64,000 nucleotides of DNA from Thalia democratica (taxonomy: Eukaryota), in assembly GCA_965202585.1 (NCBI GenBank), contig OZ241830.1, positions 44,702,001-44,766,000 of the forward strand, in the 5' to 3' direction. Numbering within the stretch: position 1 is the first letter of the stretch; each line of letters opens with the position of its first letter. Below the pieces are notes generated by a model, which had not been told where the DNA came from, made no database searches, and was given only the letters and a program-made list of their open reading frames with translations. Below, piece by piece: positions 22,901 to 37,900 of the stretch. The translations under genes and the position numbers were made by a program.

Positions 22901-25900
22901 TAAAACTTTTATAAAAGATTTTTTTTAATAGTACAACTTGTAGGAAGCGGATAAATGAAAAAAGTTAAAATAAAAAATTAAAAGCGAAAAAAAATTGTTT
23001 ACTAGAGGTTGTTTTTAGATTATTAAAGATTACATTAGTAAATGTTGCTCAAAAATTTTAGGAGGATATAGAGTTTTCTTGAATGTTCTATTTTGGTCTT
23101 TTAGTTTGCGCGTCCCATTAAGAATCTATTCAAATCTCTATCTTTAAGCGCTTAAATCTCAAAAATTACTTCGAATTTTTACAAACAGATAAACAACTGG
23201 TAGCTTAGGAAAAATGTTAAAATATTGATTTTTTAACTCCTATACCCTTAATTATAACGAGCTTAAGCAAGATTGTCTTAAAAGTGTTTCACTTGAATGA
23301 TTAGGGTAGCTCCATTAAGAGTATATTTAATATTTTTATTTTTTTTAAAGTATTTAAGTCTAAACACAACTATAAAAAGTCTTTTTTTTATTCAAAAAGT
23401 ATCCATTTGAGTTTTTATAAAATATATATATAAATGTTAAATTAGGATTATCAAACTGTAGCAGTAGTAAAAATACAAACGTAATTGAAAGGATTCAAAC
23501 CAAATGATACGAGCGAGCGCATTAAGAGTGCTTTCAAGTATCAGAGTGTCAATAATTGTGCCAATAATGTTGATTGCCATCAAAGAGGGAGTCAGTGACA
23601 TGTGTCCTTTTGTGAGAAAAACTGCAGCCCACGCTATTCCTAAACTGTACAGGTGAAAATTTCTTTAAAAGCTTCATCAATGCTTTTATACAAGAGCAAC
23701 TACAACTATTTTTTTTCGTTTCATTTTTTTAAACAATTAAAACTTAAGTGTATTTCTCGTTAATAGAATTAAATGGTGGTTTGAAAAAAAAAACTGAAAT
23801 GTATTTCAAAGTAGTTTAACCATATATAGAAGTAAAAAATAAAAAGCTCAAACATCTTATAGTTCTCTTATAGAATGTATGCTTTCAATTTATTTACTAA
23901 CCAACAACTTCTGTATTTCTAGTACACAAAATAGTATTCAACAACTGTTTTTTTTTATAGTCTTGACAAGGACCAAAAAGAAAACTTGATTGGGATAATA
24001 GACAAAATTTTAGGTGATCGAACAACTGTAAGTTTTTTTTTTTAATTATACATTTTAAATATTTTCTTATTTTAGATTTTTTTCCTTGGAAAAATTTTGG
24101 TTATTTATCAGAGTATAAGCTTTAGTTATGTTAATTTTATTTACTAGAGTTTGATATATTCAAAATACATTCACAGGGTTGTCACAAAGTAAGGAAAAAA
24201 AAAAGACAAAACTTATAAAAATAAGAGGGTTTAAAAAAAAGTTAGGAAAAGTCAGGAAATTTGATATAAACATGCTCTTAATAAGAAAGCTCATCATCTT
24301 TAAAAACTGTATTTTGCTAATGCTATTTTATTAAATATTTTGCTTTAGGTTTTCACCTTTATTCAGGGTTTAATTAAATTTTTATAGAAAACTTAAATTT
24401 ATTTAACCATAATTTATTTTACAAGTGTTTTTGAATCGACTTTAATTATGAATTTAATTTAGAAAAATCAGGAATTTTTTTTCAGCCTGATATGTAACAA
24501 CCCTGCATTTATAACTTTATAGAATGTTATAAATGTAATAAAAACTAAAATTATTAGCAGAAATTATTTATGAAAAGCTAAAATATTAAATGAAGTTAAT
24601 ACATATATACCCATTTAGAAGTTTTATAAAATAGGTTTTAAAATTGTTTCAATTTCAGCCTTTATTTAATAACAATCAAAGTTTGAAGGTTGTATTTTAT
24701 TGTGCCGCGACAACGCTATTTTTTTATTGAATTAAAAAGATACGCAAATACACTAAAAAGTAGAACTAATTAACAACACTTTGAAGTTCTTCGAAACATA
24801 TTTTTGTTGAAATAAATAAAACCAATTCATTACAAGGAGTTACATTTTTGTAATATAACATCATTTTACTTACAATCTCTCGAAGTTAGAAGTGGTGGTG
24901 ATGTATGTTACTATCCATAAATTTGTTACCTTTAGCAGATAAAACGAGACTGCTTAATTTTTAGTTTTAAGATACTTATTAGCTGTTGTTCATTTGTCTT
25001 TGATTATTTTATCAACTTTAGTTCTAGTCTAGCTAGTTGTAATATGCATTCAATCCTCGTTTTTTAGTTTATAAAAATAAACTTTAACTTTACTAACAAT
25101 CTTAGATGTTTTTTAACCTCTTCCATCTCATACTCGTAAGCAACCCCTTTATTGCCACATATTAAATATGATAAATCAAGAATATGAAAATATTAATAAC
25201 ACTTACTGTTTTAAATAATAAAAATAATTGGTATTTATAGCTTTCACTTTTATGAAATTTCTATAATACTTGTAGTCTAATACAAAAAAAAAGTTTTATA
25301 AGTTTTTTAAATAATAACAGCAGGTAACTATATATTTCACCTTTAACAGTAACAAATACATTAAATTGAAACTATTATAAATGTTAAGGTTGTAGGCTTG
25401 TTTTTATTCTAAATTGTTTCTTTAAATTAATATAGATTTTTTAAACAGTAAATTTTACGTGACTGTGTATATTTGCAGGGTTGCCAAAAAACCTGGAATT
25501 CTGGAAAAACACGGAATTTGACAATTTAGTTAAAAAAACACTGGAAAAACTTAGAATTTCAAATAATTTTTACATGTAAAGTAATGAAATTTCAATTAGA
25601 TACAAAAAATATACTAAGAAAAAAATACCATTAAGCTTTTTTTATTGAATAACACATACAAAGTAGCTTTACAGTATGTTTTTTAAATCTTTATATTATT
25701 TAAGCAAGTTTTTTATCTTTAAGCTAATTTTATACTAAAAATGAACCAAAAATATTTTCTTTAAAAATCCTGAAGAAAGTTTTGAAAACCTGAAAAACAT
25801 ATACAAAAAACTTTTGACAGATCTGTATTTGTATATCAAGGTATAATGTATATCAAGGTGCAAACGTGATGAATAATGTACTAGAGACCTCCTTACAGGG

Positions 25901-28900
25901 TTGCCACAAGGTCAGGAAATCAGGAAAAGTCAGGAAAAACTAAAAAAAATGACAAAAGTTAGAGAAAATGGCGGTTTTTGAAAAAAAGTCAGGAAAGTCA
26001 AGAACTTTGACAAAATTAAAAAAAAGTCAGATTTTGTTAGTTTGAATTAACAAAATTCCTTATTTTCCAAAGCCTTCAAATGGTAAAAAATTAATTAAAA
26101 ATCCTTTATAAAACTCCAACATTTTTCTATTTACAGATTGAACAACCACCCTACTTGAACAAGCAGTTTTTGTAAGCTTTTTAGTATTGATGATCTGTAG
26201 CAAGGACACTTACACAGTGAAACTGTAATATCTACACAAAAGTTTATCTAGCATAGTTTAGAATCAAAGTGTTTTTTGTTTAAGTAAATAATTAAGGAAG
26301 CAAAATTGGATGTAAAAATAAATGAGTGCAAAAAGAAAAGAAATTAAGCCCACAAATTGTGGCTATATTTAGAGAAAAGATTCTCTTCGACAAGTGTAGG
26401 GGCAGCAGATGATAACGATTTAAATAAAATGAGGCAAATGGTTTTAACTGCCAAGAAAATGAACCGGGATGCAAACCAGATGAAGGAAACCATATCTCTA
26501 TTAGATAAAGAGGTTGAAGTTTTAATAAAGAAACAGAGAAAATAAATTTTAGTACATATAAAAAACAGTGTTTGATTAAGTTATTTATTCTTTTAAGGAT
26601 TTAATTGTAAAAGTTTTAATTGTTTTAAGGTTTTATTTGTGAAAGTTCGTTATTAATTTAAGGTTTTAATTAGTTTAAGGTGAAAGTTCCTTATATGTCG
26701 TTTCGTTTATTTAGATAAATTTATGCTGGGAAATGCTAAAAGATTGTGTCTTTTTTCAGACAAGCTGTGTTTATAAGGTAATAATACAAGTATTTTGCTG
26801 GTAGAGATGTTTAATGCAATTACATCAATCATAAATAGATGGTTCAACTGGTGTCGTGGAAGTTTGATGATTGAATTCAGCAAAAATACTGTTGTTTTAA
26901 CGTGTATAAAAATAGAATTGAAAGCTTTATATAGTTTCAAAAGTTAGATTATGTATTTTAGAATAAGTTTAAATTAAGAGTTTGATTAAAAAAGTCAGGA
27001 ATTTTTTTTCAGCTTGATTTGTGGCAACCCTGTCCACACAACTCACTAAATTAATATAAACAATGTAAATTTTCAAACAGCTTGTAGCCGGCAGTGTTGT
27101 GATGGCGTTCGAGGAAGTTTGTCCAGACAGAATAGACCTGATACACAGGCATTTCAGGAAGCTGTGCAACCTCATTGCTGACGTGGATGAGTGGGGCCAG
27201 ATTGCAATCATTTCCATGCTAACCAGATACGCCAGAACCCAGTTCTTGAACCCGAATGCCAATGTTAGTTTTTTATGTAATTTTATCTAAGCTGTCTTTT
27301 TCTAGTTGAATATCAGTTTTTAGAACTCTACCAACTAATAAGATATGTATGTCAGCTTGGAGACTTAGTATAACTAAATTCAAAATTTAATAAGTTTTAG
27401 TTTTTGTACTCAAACTTTCAACACTAGGTTTTGATTTAAATGTACTTAGCTTATACTTCTTTAAAAACTAAGAAATGTTTTAAAGTATACAAGTTTTTAA
27501 AATTTTGACAACTCTTATAGTTTTAATATTAGTTTTCGAAGATACTCAAATGTTTTTTTATTGAAATGACGAACTTATTGTGATCAAAAATACTAAAAGT
27601 TCTTAATTTCTTACATTTTAAAAAATTACTTCATAATAATTTCAATGTGGTGATTCTACTTGTAAATATAATTTTTCATAGGACGGTGGATTGGAAGATG
27701 AAGAGGACAAGCCGTTTTATGAGGAAAGTGATGAAGAAGATGAACAGGAGGACAAACCCACCAAGTATTTCATGGATCACGACCACAAGCTACTGCTGAA
27801 GGCAACCAAGTCCCTGCTACAATCTAGAAATTCTGCTGTTCGTAAAATATGATTTATATTTACGTGTGGTTTTTAATTGTTGTTAAAAATCCAGACAAAG
27901 GTTTTCGACAAACCGGTCTTGGTAAAATATCAAATTAGATATGAGAGTATATTCTACGCATGTATTTCAAAGTATATTAACATTATCATATTAATTACAC
28001 CAGGTTGTGATGGCAGTTTCGCAGCTGTACTACCACGTGGCCCCCAAAAGTGACTTTCAAGTTTGTGTGAAGGCGCTTATAAGGCTTTTGAGAGGCAGAA
28101 GGGAAGTCCAGTACATTGTGCTGCAAAACATCGCTTCCATTTCACTTACTAGAAAAGTTGGATTTTTTTATAACTTCTTTTGTTATAAGCAAGCAGTAAA
28201 TTTAAATTAAATATATGTGTATGTATAAAAGTTTAGTATTTAAAATTATCACCTATATATTATACCTGTATACATACATAGTCATACTTTTATGTATTTA
28301 ATTTCTTATTTATTTATATTTTAGCTGATTTTATTTTCTATATCAAATACGTTTGAAACACTTTAAGTTTTAATAAACCATAAACTTTTATTAAGGCTCC
28401 CCATTAAAAGTTTCATTCATTTAACTATATTAAAATGAATATACAAAATACAAAGTTATAGTATTTGTTTTTGATTAAAACTACTCTTCTGTTTAAAAAA
28501 TATATTCAACTACTCTATATAAACTTTTCAATAACTGTATACTAAATTAATAACATATTCTTAAAAGTTTTGTTTTATAATATTTTTCTTTGCTTACTAG
28601 ATAGAATTTATGTAATTTTTTTAAAAACCCTTTTGTTTTGACTTTATTAATGTTTTAACAGAAAGTATTTGGTCCATACTTGAAAAGTTTCTACGTTAGG
28701 TCTACAGACCCAAGTCACATTAAAACGCTCAAGTTAGAAGTTTTGACCAACCTGGCCACTGAGACCAACATACCCGTTATATTGAGAGAATTTCAGGTAA
28801 ATTTGCTATTTTGATGAACTACATTATGAATTATACAATCACTAGCGATAAAGTTTTTAAAGTTGTTTGTTATTATTTTTATGTATTTAGACTATATCGA

Positions 28901-31900
28901 CTTAAACGTTTTATAAAACTATTTTAGGGATAAACCTTACGCAATATCAATACTATTTGATTGAAGGTTTCAGAAAAAATGAATAAAGTAGTCTAACTGT
29001 TAATAAAGTGTATTTATTTAACCATAACTTTGTAATCAAAGTTTTTTTTTTTAACCATTTTAATTTGTCATAATTTTTCTTGCCGAATTTAAAAATGTCG
29101 AACAGACTTATGTGAAAAGTTCAGACAAAAAGTTTGTAGCTTGCACAATACAAGCTATAGCAAGATGTGCCACTAATATCAATGAAGTCACTGATACTTG
29201 TTTGCAAGGGCTTGTAAACTTGCTATCTAATAGAGACGGTTTGTTTTATTCAATCAATAAATACTTAAAAGTTTTGATTGCACGAATATCAATTTTACGC
29301 TTTTACATTTATTTATTTATAGTGTTTTATCTTACATTTAACTGTGTAAGTTTTTTTAGTAGAAATACAAGTGCTATTAAATAAAAGAATTTCAGACCAA
29401 AACCTTTAAGAGTATTAACATTAAATACTCTTAAAACGAAGGAGTAAGATAAAATAAGTTCTTTTAGTTAATTTAAAAGTACTAAACTGTTTTGTTTTAT
29501 TTATCTATAACTTTTAAATTACTTTATTAGTTAAACTGTTTGCGTTATAATTAGGTGCATATAACTTAAGATGGCTAAAACTACCATTATATCTAATAAT
29601 AATAACAGGTCAGCTATCAGCCGAATTCGTCTATGCCTATTGTGCATAAAGGAATTAAAATTAATAATAAAAATAAATTATAAATACCTTGATGCAATAG
29701 GTACAACAAACAAATAATAAGTACAAAAATACGTATAAATAAGAAAAAAAATAATTTGCTTCTCATTTCTTCCTTTGCTTCGGTTTCATCAGATATTGCT
29801 TTTCCCTTTTTAGTCTTTTCCGTATAGTAGATCGCTATTTGACGCGCTCATTTGCAAGCTACTGCCACTCATCAGTTCTTATGTTAAAGATTTTTAGGTC
29901 GCACTTGAATACGTCTAAATGAATTAATTATGTAAAATTTATAAAATTATACTTTTAGATTTAAACTTTATTTTATTTTAGTGCTAAAGCTGTGTTGTAA
30001 ATGTTAAAAAAAATTAGCAAAAAGATGGTTTAGTTTAGTTTTTGAGCAACATTATTTTAAATATATGTTTAAATTTAAACAAAGAGTAACAATTTTGTAA
30101 ACAGAGTAGGTTTTTGTTTAATAGTTATGAAATAGTTATTAGAATGTATATTATCATACATTTACTTCTATTTAGAATCTGTAGTGGCAGAAAGTGTAGT
30201 TGTTATTAAGAAGTTATTGCAAATGAATCCAAAACAACACAGTGATATTATAAAAGAAATGTCTAAACTTCTTGATCAAATACAGGTATATATAACAAGT
30301 CTGTTTTAGTTTTACAAGTATGTGTATTTTTAACGCATACTTCGTCAACTATAGTATTTTTGCAGTTAAAGTTTTTATTTAAATTTGATTTTTAAAAATT
30401 AAACTTCATTTTTACTCACTTGTTGAAAAACAAGTTGAAATAAGCAAGTCTATCACATTCTAAATCAGAGATTCTTAACTTGGGGTAAATACCCTTGTTT
30501 TAGGGGGTAAATTTTCTTTATCACAAGTTATGTCAATTAGTGTTTATTTATTGTCTTTTTAATTTATAAGTTAGTAATTAATTGTTTTTATATTTAGGTT
30601 AAACAAACTCTTTAAATTTTACTATTTTAATAACTAATAAGCTTAAAGTTTGAAAAAAAAAATTTTCCCTCAAAATTAAACACTACTTTAGTTTTGGGTA
30701 AACTTAATAATTACCTTCCAAAAAGCGGTAAACCGTGAAAAAAAGGTTAAGAACCGCTGATATAAATTACAATTAAATTATTATAAAAAGTTATAATATA
30801 ATTTTCTGAAGCGAACAAAAACTTTTTACACTCAAAATTATTGTTTGCTTTCAAACTGCTGATTGTAGGTACCAATGGCACGCGCAAGTATAGTGTGGCT
30901 GATAGGTGAATATTGCGAAATTGTTCCCAAAATAGCGCCCGATGTGCTCAGAAAGCTGGCGAAGGTTTTCATCGAGCAAGAACAAATCGTTAAGTTGCAG
31001 ATAATAAATCTCGCTGCTAAGCTATATCTTACTAATTCAAAGCAGGTTTGTGAAGTAACAGTTGTTTTTTCGATCTTAGTTGTTATAATTAGTTGCACTA
31101 TTAAATCATAATTTTACCTTCATATATTTTTTGAAATAAAGTTAATATTTTAACATTTTTAAAAGTTGTTTAGTAATTTTACAATAACTATTTATTTTAC
31201 TAGTTAAATTAAGTAAGAAAGGGCCTAGAGCTATAAAGGAAAATAATTTAAATTGGTAATTACCTAGTAAAAGGGTGAAATCTAATTAAGGGTGGCGATT
31301 ATTTCTTAAATTCATACCAATTATTTTGAGCTTTGAAAACCCTGTTGAAATAATGTACAACTAGCACAGTATAATATAAACTTTATTAAAAAAAAAGGTT
31401 TCAAACACAGACGAAGCTGATCACGCAGTACGTGCTGCAGCTGGCAAAATACGACAGCAACTACGACATACGCGACAGAGCCAGGTTCATCAAGCACCTC
31501 ATCATGCCACAACCCACTGACTCAGCCAACCTCAGAAAGTACGCCAAAAAAATTCTGCTTGCTGCCAAGCCTGCGCCTGTGCTCGAGTCGCAGTTCAAAG
31601 GTAACTTTTTTTTTTAAACTTTGTGCAAGATATATGGAAAGTTTTATACTATAAGAATAAATTTAAGTATTTATTTAGGAAAATTATTAAGATTCTATAA
31701 AGTTAAATATTTACCTGGTTTTTTTATTTTGCAAATAAGTAATAATTTTTTAGTTCCAATCGTTTAAACCAAAGGTTTTTAAGCTAGTCAAAATCTGTGC
31801 ACCCTAATTTGCAAAATTAAAATTCTGTGTACCCCAATGTGCGAAATTTCTAGTATAAGTTTCAAATGTTTCGTATTATCCAGTGCGAGTTTCCCAAACT

Positions 31901-34900
31901 TTTCAAAAGGTTTCCGTTATGCTATAATAAGCTATGGCCCCCTCCAACAAGATTTTTCAAAAAACTACCATAAAAACCTCCCTAAGACTTTTTTTGCTCT
32001 TCATCACGAACTCTATAATATCTAGTGTAAGTTTCAAAATGTAGGATAATTTTTTAAGCTACGATTCGTGCACCCCAAAATAAATTTTGTTTGCACTGGT
32101 GCACACTTTGAAAACCACTGATTTAAACCAGTCGTTCATATATATTTTTTAAAACCGTGCGCAGTAGCATAGCTGCCATGATGCGAATTTTTGTAAATCT
32201 AGCGGTGGTAAATTCTGACGAGTTATGTGCAAAAAAAAAAGCATTTATTAAAGCTTCCTTTTTATTTAGAAAATAAATTTATATGTGTATCATTTATGCA
32301 CAGTAGATCATAAAAAACGGTACACAGTAAAGCATAATGAGAATGTTTAGTAAATTTTTTTCAGCAAAAAATCAATTTATACTACTGTGCACAGAGGTAA
32401 ACTTAGAAAAACACTAAATTAGAAAAATAAATTCGTCTTGTTAAATTTTATGCTTAACGTACCTTTAAAACTGCATTTTTTTATTGTTGATGTAACTTAA
32501 AAAGTTTTAAAAAATGAACTTAATTTATGATAAAAATATCAAGTGTCTGTATAGTTTTTGATTTGAAATGTTTTAGTTTTTTAATGTACTTAAGTGCATC
32601 TAAAAGTAAAAACAACAAAAAGTTGCTTTTAATTTTATATTTACTAATAATTTGTTTTACATCTTACATTAAATTAAAGGTTTTCGATAGGTTTCAAACT
32701 TCATTTTTGTTTAAAGGTAGTTTTAATATTGCTTTATAGGTTTTGATACGTAGTTAAACTATCATGAAAGAACTTGATAGCTGTAAAGTTATATAATATA
32801 CTAGCTTATTTGATGACAAAACTTATTATTTTTACTTTAAAAGAGTAAATGTCTCGTGAAAGTAATTTACATCTTTTAAAATGTATATATTATTTTTTAC
32901 TCTAGGAAGAGATGTTTATCAGATAGGATCTCTCTCACATTCACTAAACACTGAAGTGAACGGATACCAGCCACTTCCTGATTTTCCACTTGAAAAACCT
33001 GATCCTAGTGTCAGAAATGTTGAGGTTGTAGATTAGAGTATTACAATGCTCAATTTATTTAAACTTTATTTTAAAATGTAAAACTATTCAAAATATAAAT
33101 TTAAGTGTTTGTTAACAAAAGATCCTAGCGAAACAAGTTCACTGGAATATATAATAATAACAAATTATACAGTATTCTTCTTTTATTAAACTGATATATG
33201 TTTCTGTGTGTTAAACGAGTCATTAATTTAAAGGCATTACTATTATTTAATTTATTAATTCATTATATAATGTTTGTTGTTTTACTTTTTATTCACAATA
33301 GATTACGTATAACTTTTTTTTAATTAAAGCGCTCTACTACTTTTTACAAATATAAGGAATAAATTATCTAACTTTGTAGTATAAATTATACTAGTCGTAA
33401 TGTTCATATGCGTAATGCCGTAATTATTAGAAACATTTTTTCAATGGTTAGCAACCAGTAAATATTTTAGAATTGGTACTTCCTTTATTTTTATGTAGGT
33501 AGTTTATATTATGATTTGTTATCTTATTTTGTATTTTTACTTTAATTTATTTAATTTAGACTTAATGATTACAAATTTTATAACAGTCGCATTTAACATC
33601 AAGTATTTTATCTATTATTAATCTATAAAAACCTATAGCATTTTTTTTAATGGACACATGTATATACCTACTTTAGCTTCTATTCATTCCTACAGTATTA
33701 ATTTTTTACCGAGCTCAGTTGAAGTGTGTTGACTCGTCCAACACACAGAAATATATGTTAGTGTGATAAAAGAAGAATACTGTATAATTTGTTTAAAATG
33801 TATTGTTATTATTTCTTCTTGTTTTTCCATACACAACACGCATAGCCGTTTTTGGCTGATAGCAGGCCTATTAAAAGTATACTTTCGAAGTTTAATTTTT
33901 TTAAAAGACTGCCTAAAACTTGTTGACATTTAATAAGTTGAAATGATATTTGAAAATATACAATTTTAGTAATGATAAAATTTTATCTTCACTATAAAAT
34001 TAACTAAAAAATATTACTTTATCTCCATTTAAACCTAACACTTGTCATTTTAACTTTTTCTAAATATTAGCCACCAAAGAAAGAAGTACCGTCAAAACCA
34101 GACCAAATCTTCAAAAGATCTTCAAAGAAGCAAAAAAAGGAAAAATCGTTCTACTCTTCAACGGAAGAAGAAGAATCTGGTTTGCTAAGAAATAATTTTC
34201 AAAACTTAAAAATATATTTATTTAGGGGTTATTTTTCCCAACTGACGTCTTGTTTGTTTTTACATGCGTATATGAATTTCCTTTTTTCGTAACTTTAAAT
34301 GTTTTACTAAAAGCGTTGTCAATAGTTTTGTGATTTTATAGGTCCTGTTTACATATTTAAAAGCTCCAACCTTTAGTTTTCTAATATTTTTGTTAGATTA
34401 TGTATTTAAAAATATATAATAAGTTATAAAACTAACTAGACAAAGTAAAATGTTTGAGTTATACAAACGATCAAAAAGCAGTTTCAGATTTTGCTATATA
34501 TAACAAATGTTACATTGTATTAGCAGCTCGTCTGGAGTAAACAAAAACACAAGTATCTAAAGCAAGGTCCGGTAAACTGCGGCTCCGCAATTAATAAATT
34601 TTGAACCTCCACATGCATTTTAGCAAAAAAAAACAACTAATTAAGTTGATATCATTTTATTTTATAAAATAAGTTTAATACTAATAATAGTTATGTTTTT
34701 TTTGCTGGTGTAAACCGCTGCTTATGTATTTTATTCTGTACCTTCCCTTACATATAAATTGATTTTTAAATAAAACTTTTCAAAAATTTTGTAGCCTGCG
34801 AGAGAATATTTTTAATTTGGCCCGTAAAGAACTTTTTCATTATTTCTGTCCGGTTGCTTATAAAAGGCTGTTAACTCTTGGTCTTAAGTTTTTTTTTTTT

Positions 34901-37900
34901 AATTTATAGACTTTAAGCTATATATACTTTGGTAGGATCATTGTGTTTTAGTTTACTTCTTAAGCTCTTAATTCAGCGAAACGTTTGTTGTGAATATTAG
35001 TATGTTAGTACACTAATGATTTACTGTAAAAATTTATATTTAATTGTTGACAACAATTGTTTAGTTCGAAGAGTTTTTAATCTTTAGAACTTTAATCTAA
35101 TTTTATTTATTTCAATGTTGTGTTTAGCTCTGCTTATAGCCTATTATAACTCTTCTTGTCTGTAACAAGTATGTCCGATAAGCTTGCAAATATGTTAAGG
35201 TCTTGTTACAAAATATTTTGATAAGTATTCTATTTACCAAGGTTCAGATGGTTTAGATTCGGGCTCCGAGGAAGAAAGTGATTCTGACGAATCTTCGGAG
35301 GCAAGTTCTTCAGATGAGGATTCCAGCGAAACAGAAGGTCCTGACTCGCACGTGTCAGAATCAGATGCAGGCGTTACATCTCCGAAGATGAAGCAGAAAG
35401 AAGACGAAGTTCCCAGCTACGACGAACAAGGTAGAGTTATAATGTAGAAAAATTAGTGTTTATGTTGAAAGAAATTTTAGAACTTATTTTTAATACCTAC
35501 AGTTAATAGTATAAATTTAGAATTTCATGGTGTCCGAATGTTCTCAAAGTAAAAATACTTAAATGGCTGTTGTGATATCGAAGTTCGATAATTAAGTTAA
35601 ACTATATTTTATGGTTAAAAAAAATAAAATATTAGTACAATTTAAAAAAATTTTGAACTATAAACCATTAAGATTCATCATCAGAAGATGAAAGCGAGTC
35701 TTCGTCTTCAGATGGTTCACTAGAAGAAGAAGAATCTTCAGACGAAGAAAGTTCAGAAGACGAGAGTTCTGAAGAAGAGCAGAAATCTGCAGAGAAAGAA
35801 GTAAATCTTCTAGATCTTGATGATTTTGTTGCGGCTCCTCAACTGTCATCACCACCTCCTCAAATGGACATACTCACTCCTCAAATAAGTAGCGATCTCG
35901 CAGGTTTACAAAAATTATTAAACTTAAGAAAACTAACAATTATAATAACTATAAATGAAATAATTGGTATTGAGATAGTTTTTTTGTAATATTGGAAACA
36001 GTTGTATGTACTTTTAATGTACTTCAACGCTTTTTTTAGTTTAGAAATGTCAACAAACGTGAAAATACTTATTTTTTAACTATTGCATATTTACATCTTT
36101 ACTAAACCTAGTTTTCATCAACGGCTAATAGGTTTGTCGTTTGGAGCCGGTGACGTGTCACTAAATAGTAAAATTACGTCATCAACTTCACTTAGCAACA
36201 AGCCCCAATTCGAACTGCTGCACAGGGTTACCGGGGAGGGATTGGAAGTTAAATACAAGTAAGTTTTTAAACAAGTTATTCATACAAGTTACATATGTAA
36301 CTAGATACGTTAGTTTGAACGTTAGTGTTTATAACTACTTTGAACGGTAGTTGGTCGTTTATTAAAAAAAAATTATCTTACTTAGTTTTGATAGTTAAAA
36401 CAGAGTAATGCTGTTTTATACTTTACAAAGTACTTTAGTTACTTGTTTTTATCTATTTAATTTACTCAAGTTACAATTATTTATTAGGTTCACACGAACA
36501 AAGTTTGCAGCAAACAGCAAAATGGTCTCAGTTGAACTTGAATTTATAAATCACGCTGTCAACCCGATTCGTGATATTTGTATTGGAGATAAGGTTGGTT
36601 GTGCATTTTCGGCATAAAAAGTCATAATCGAAAAATATTTAAAACTCTATATCAATAGATGCATTTTTCTACATCTTAAATGTATGAATTACAATTGCGT
36701 ATTTTCTCAAATCTATAAAAGGTAGTTTTTTAGTTTTGAACAGCGATTTTTTACCTGAGGTAAATTTACCCCTGGGGGTAAATTTTCTTTATTACAAGTT
36801 ATGTCAATTAATGTTTATTTATTGTCTTTTTAATTTAAAGGTTAGCATTTAACTGTTTTTATTTTAAAGTTAAACAAACTCTTTAAGTTTTACGATTTAA
36901 TATAACTAATAAGCTTAAAGTTCAAAAATCTAGTTTTTTCCCTCAAAATTAAAAAATTATTTTCAGACTTGGTAATTACCTTCTAAAAAGGGGTAAAATG
37001 TAAAAAAAAAAAATAATAACTGCTGGTTTAGAATATATCAATTGAATTTTTATCAAAATCAAGTAGCTTTTTAGCTGAGTGTGCATAATGTTCATCATTT
37101 TTTACATTTATGTAGTTGTACAAGCTTATTAAGTTTTTTTCTATAGAAACTTCAAGGAGGGCTTAGCATTCATAGTTTTGAAGAAATAAGTAAGTACACT
37201 AAACTCTCGTAAATATGCTCTTTGTTAATAAGGAACTACAAGCTATTTCAAGCATCTTTTTTTTTTGAAGCACTCTATTTAATATTTAAAATTACTTTAC
37301 GTTTAACTAAATATGTTATAAATTTGTCACAAGTTTCAGTGCAAAAATTATTATTATTTATAAGTTATAACTGATTTTTTATTACTATTGTTTTAAAAAT
37401 TTTCCGTAAAAGTACTAAATGCTAGTTTCTATATTTAAGGTATGGTTGAAAATGGCAAACCTTTTACTACTTTGATTGGAGTTGATTTCAATGATTCAAC
37501 CCAAACCCTTGAATTTGAACTCAGGTTTTATTTTTTGATAAATATTAACGTAAGTGAAACTGTAAACCACAAATAAAATTATAATACTATCGTTATAAAT
37601 AATGCTAAAGTATTTTTTTATTTCATCTCAATTTTATAGGACAAAAACTCGAAAGTTTAACGTGAGTATCAAACCTCCGCTAGGTGAGCTTGTCGAGCCA
37701 TGGAATGTACCTCAAAATGAATTTCTGCAGAGTAAAGGTATAAAGTTTAGACTAAGATAAAACTTATAACTTATATAACAGTGAAATTTTGAAACTTTTA
37801 TATCATTTCAGCTTCATTATCTGGAATGAACGAAAACAAGAGCAAGATTCAATTATCCGATACAAAAACTGGTCATATAAGCAAGAAAGTCATGCAAGCT

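Noticed and set aside
35658-35855. Minus-strand 65-aa ORF and similar short ORFs overlapping AP3B or GPCR exons (e.g. 26969-27262, 30838-31098, 31321-31512, 49455-49640)
   Set aside because: They are antisense shadows of real exons.
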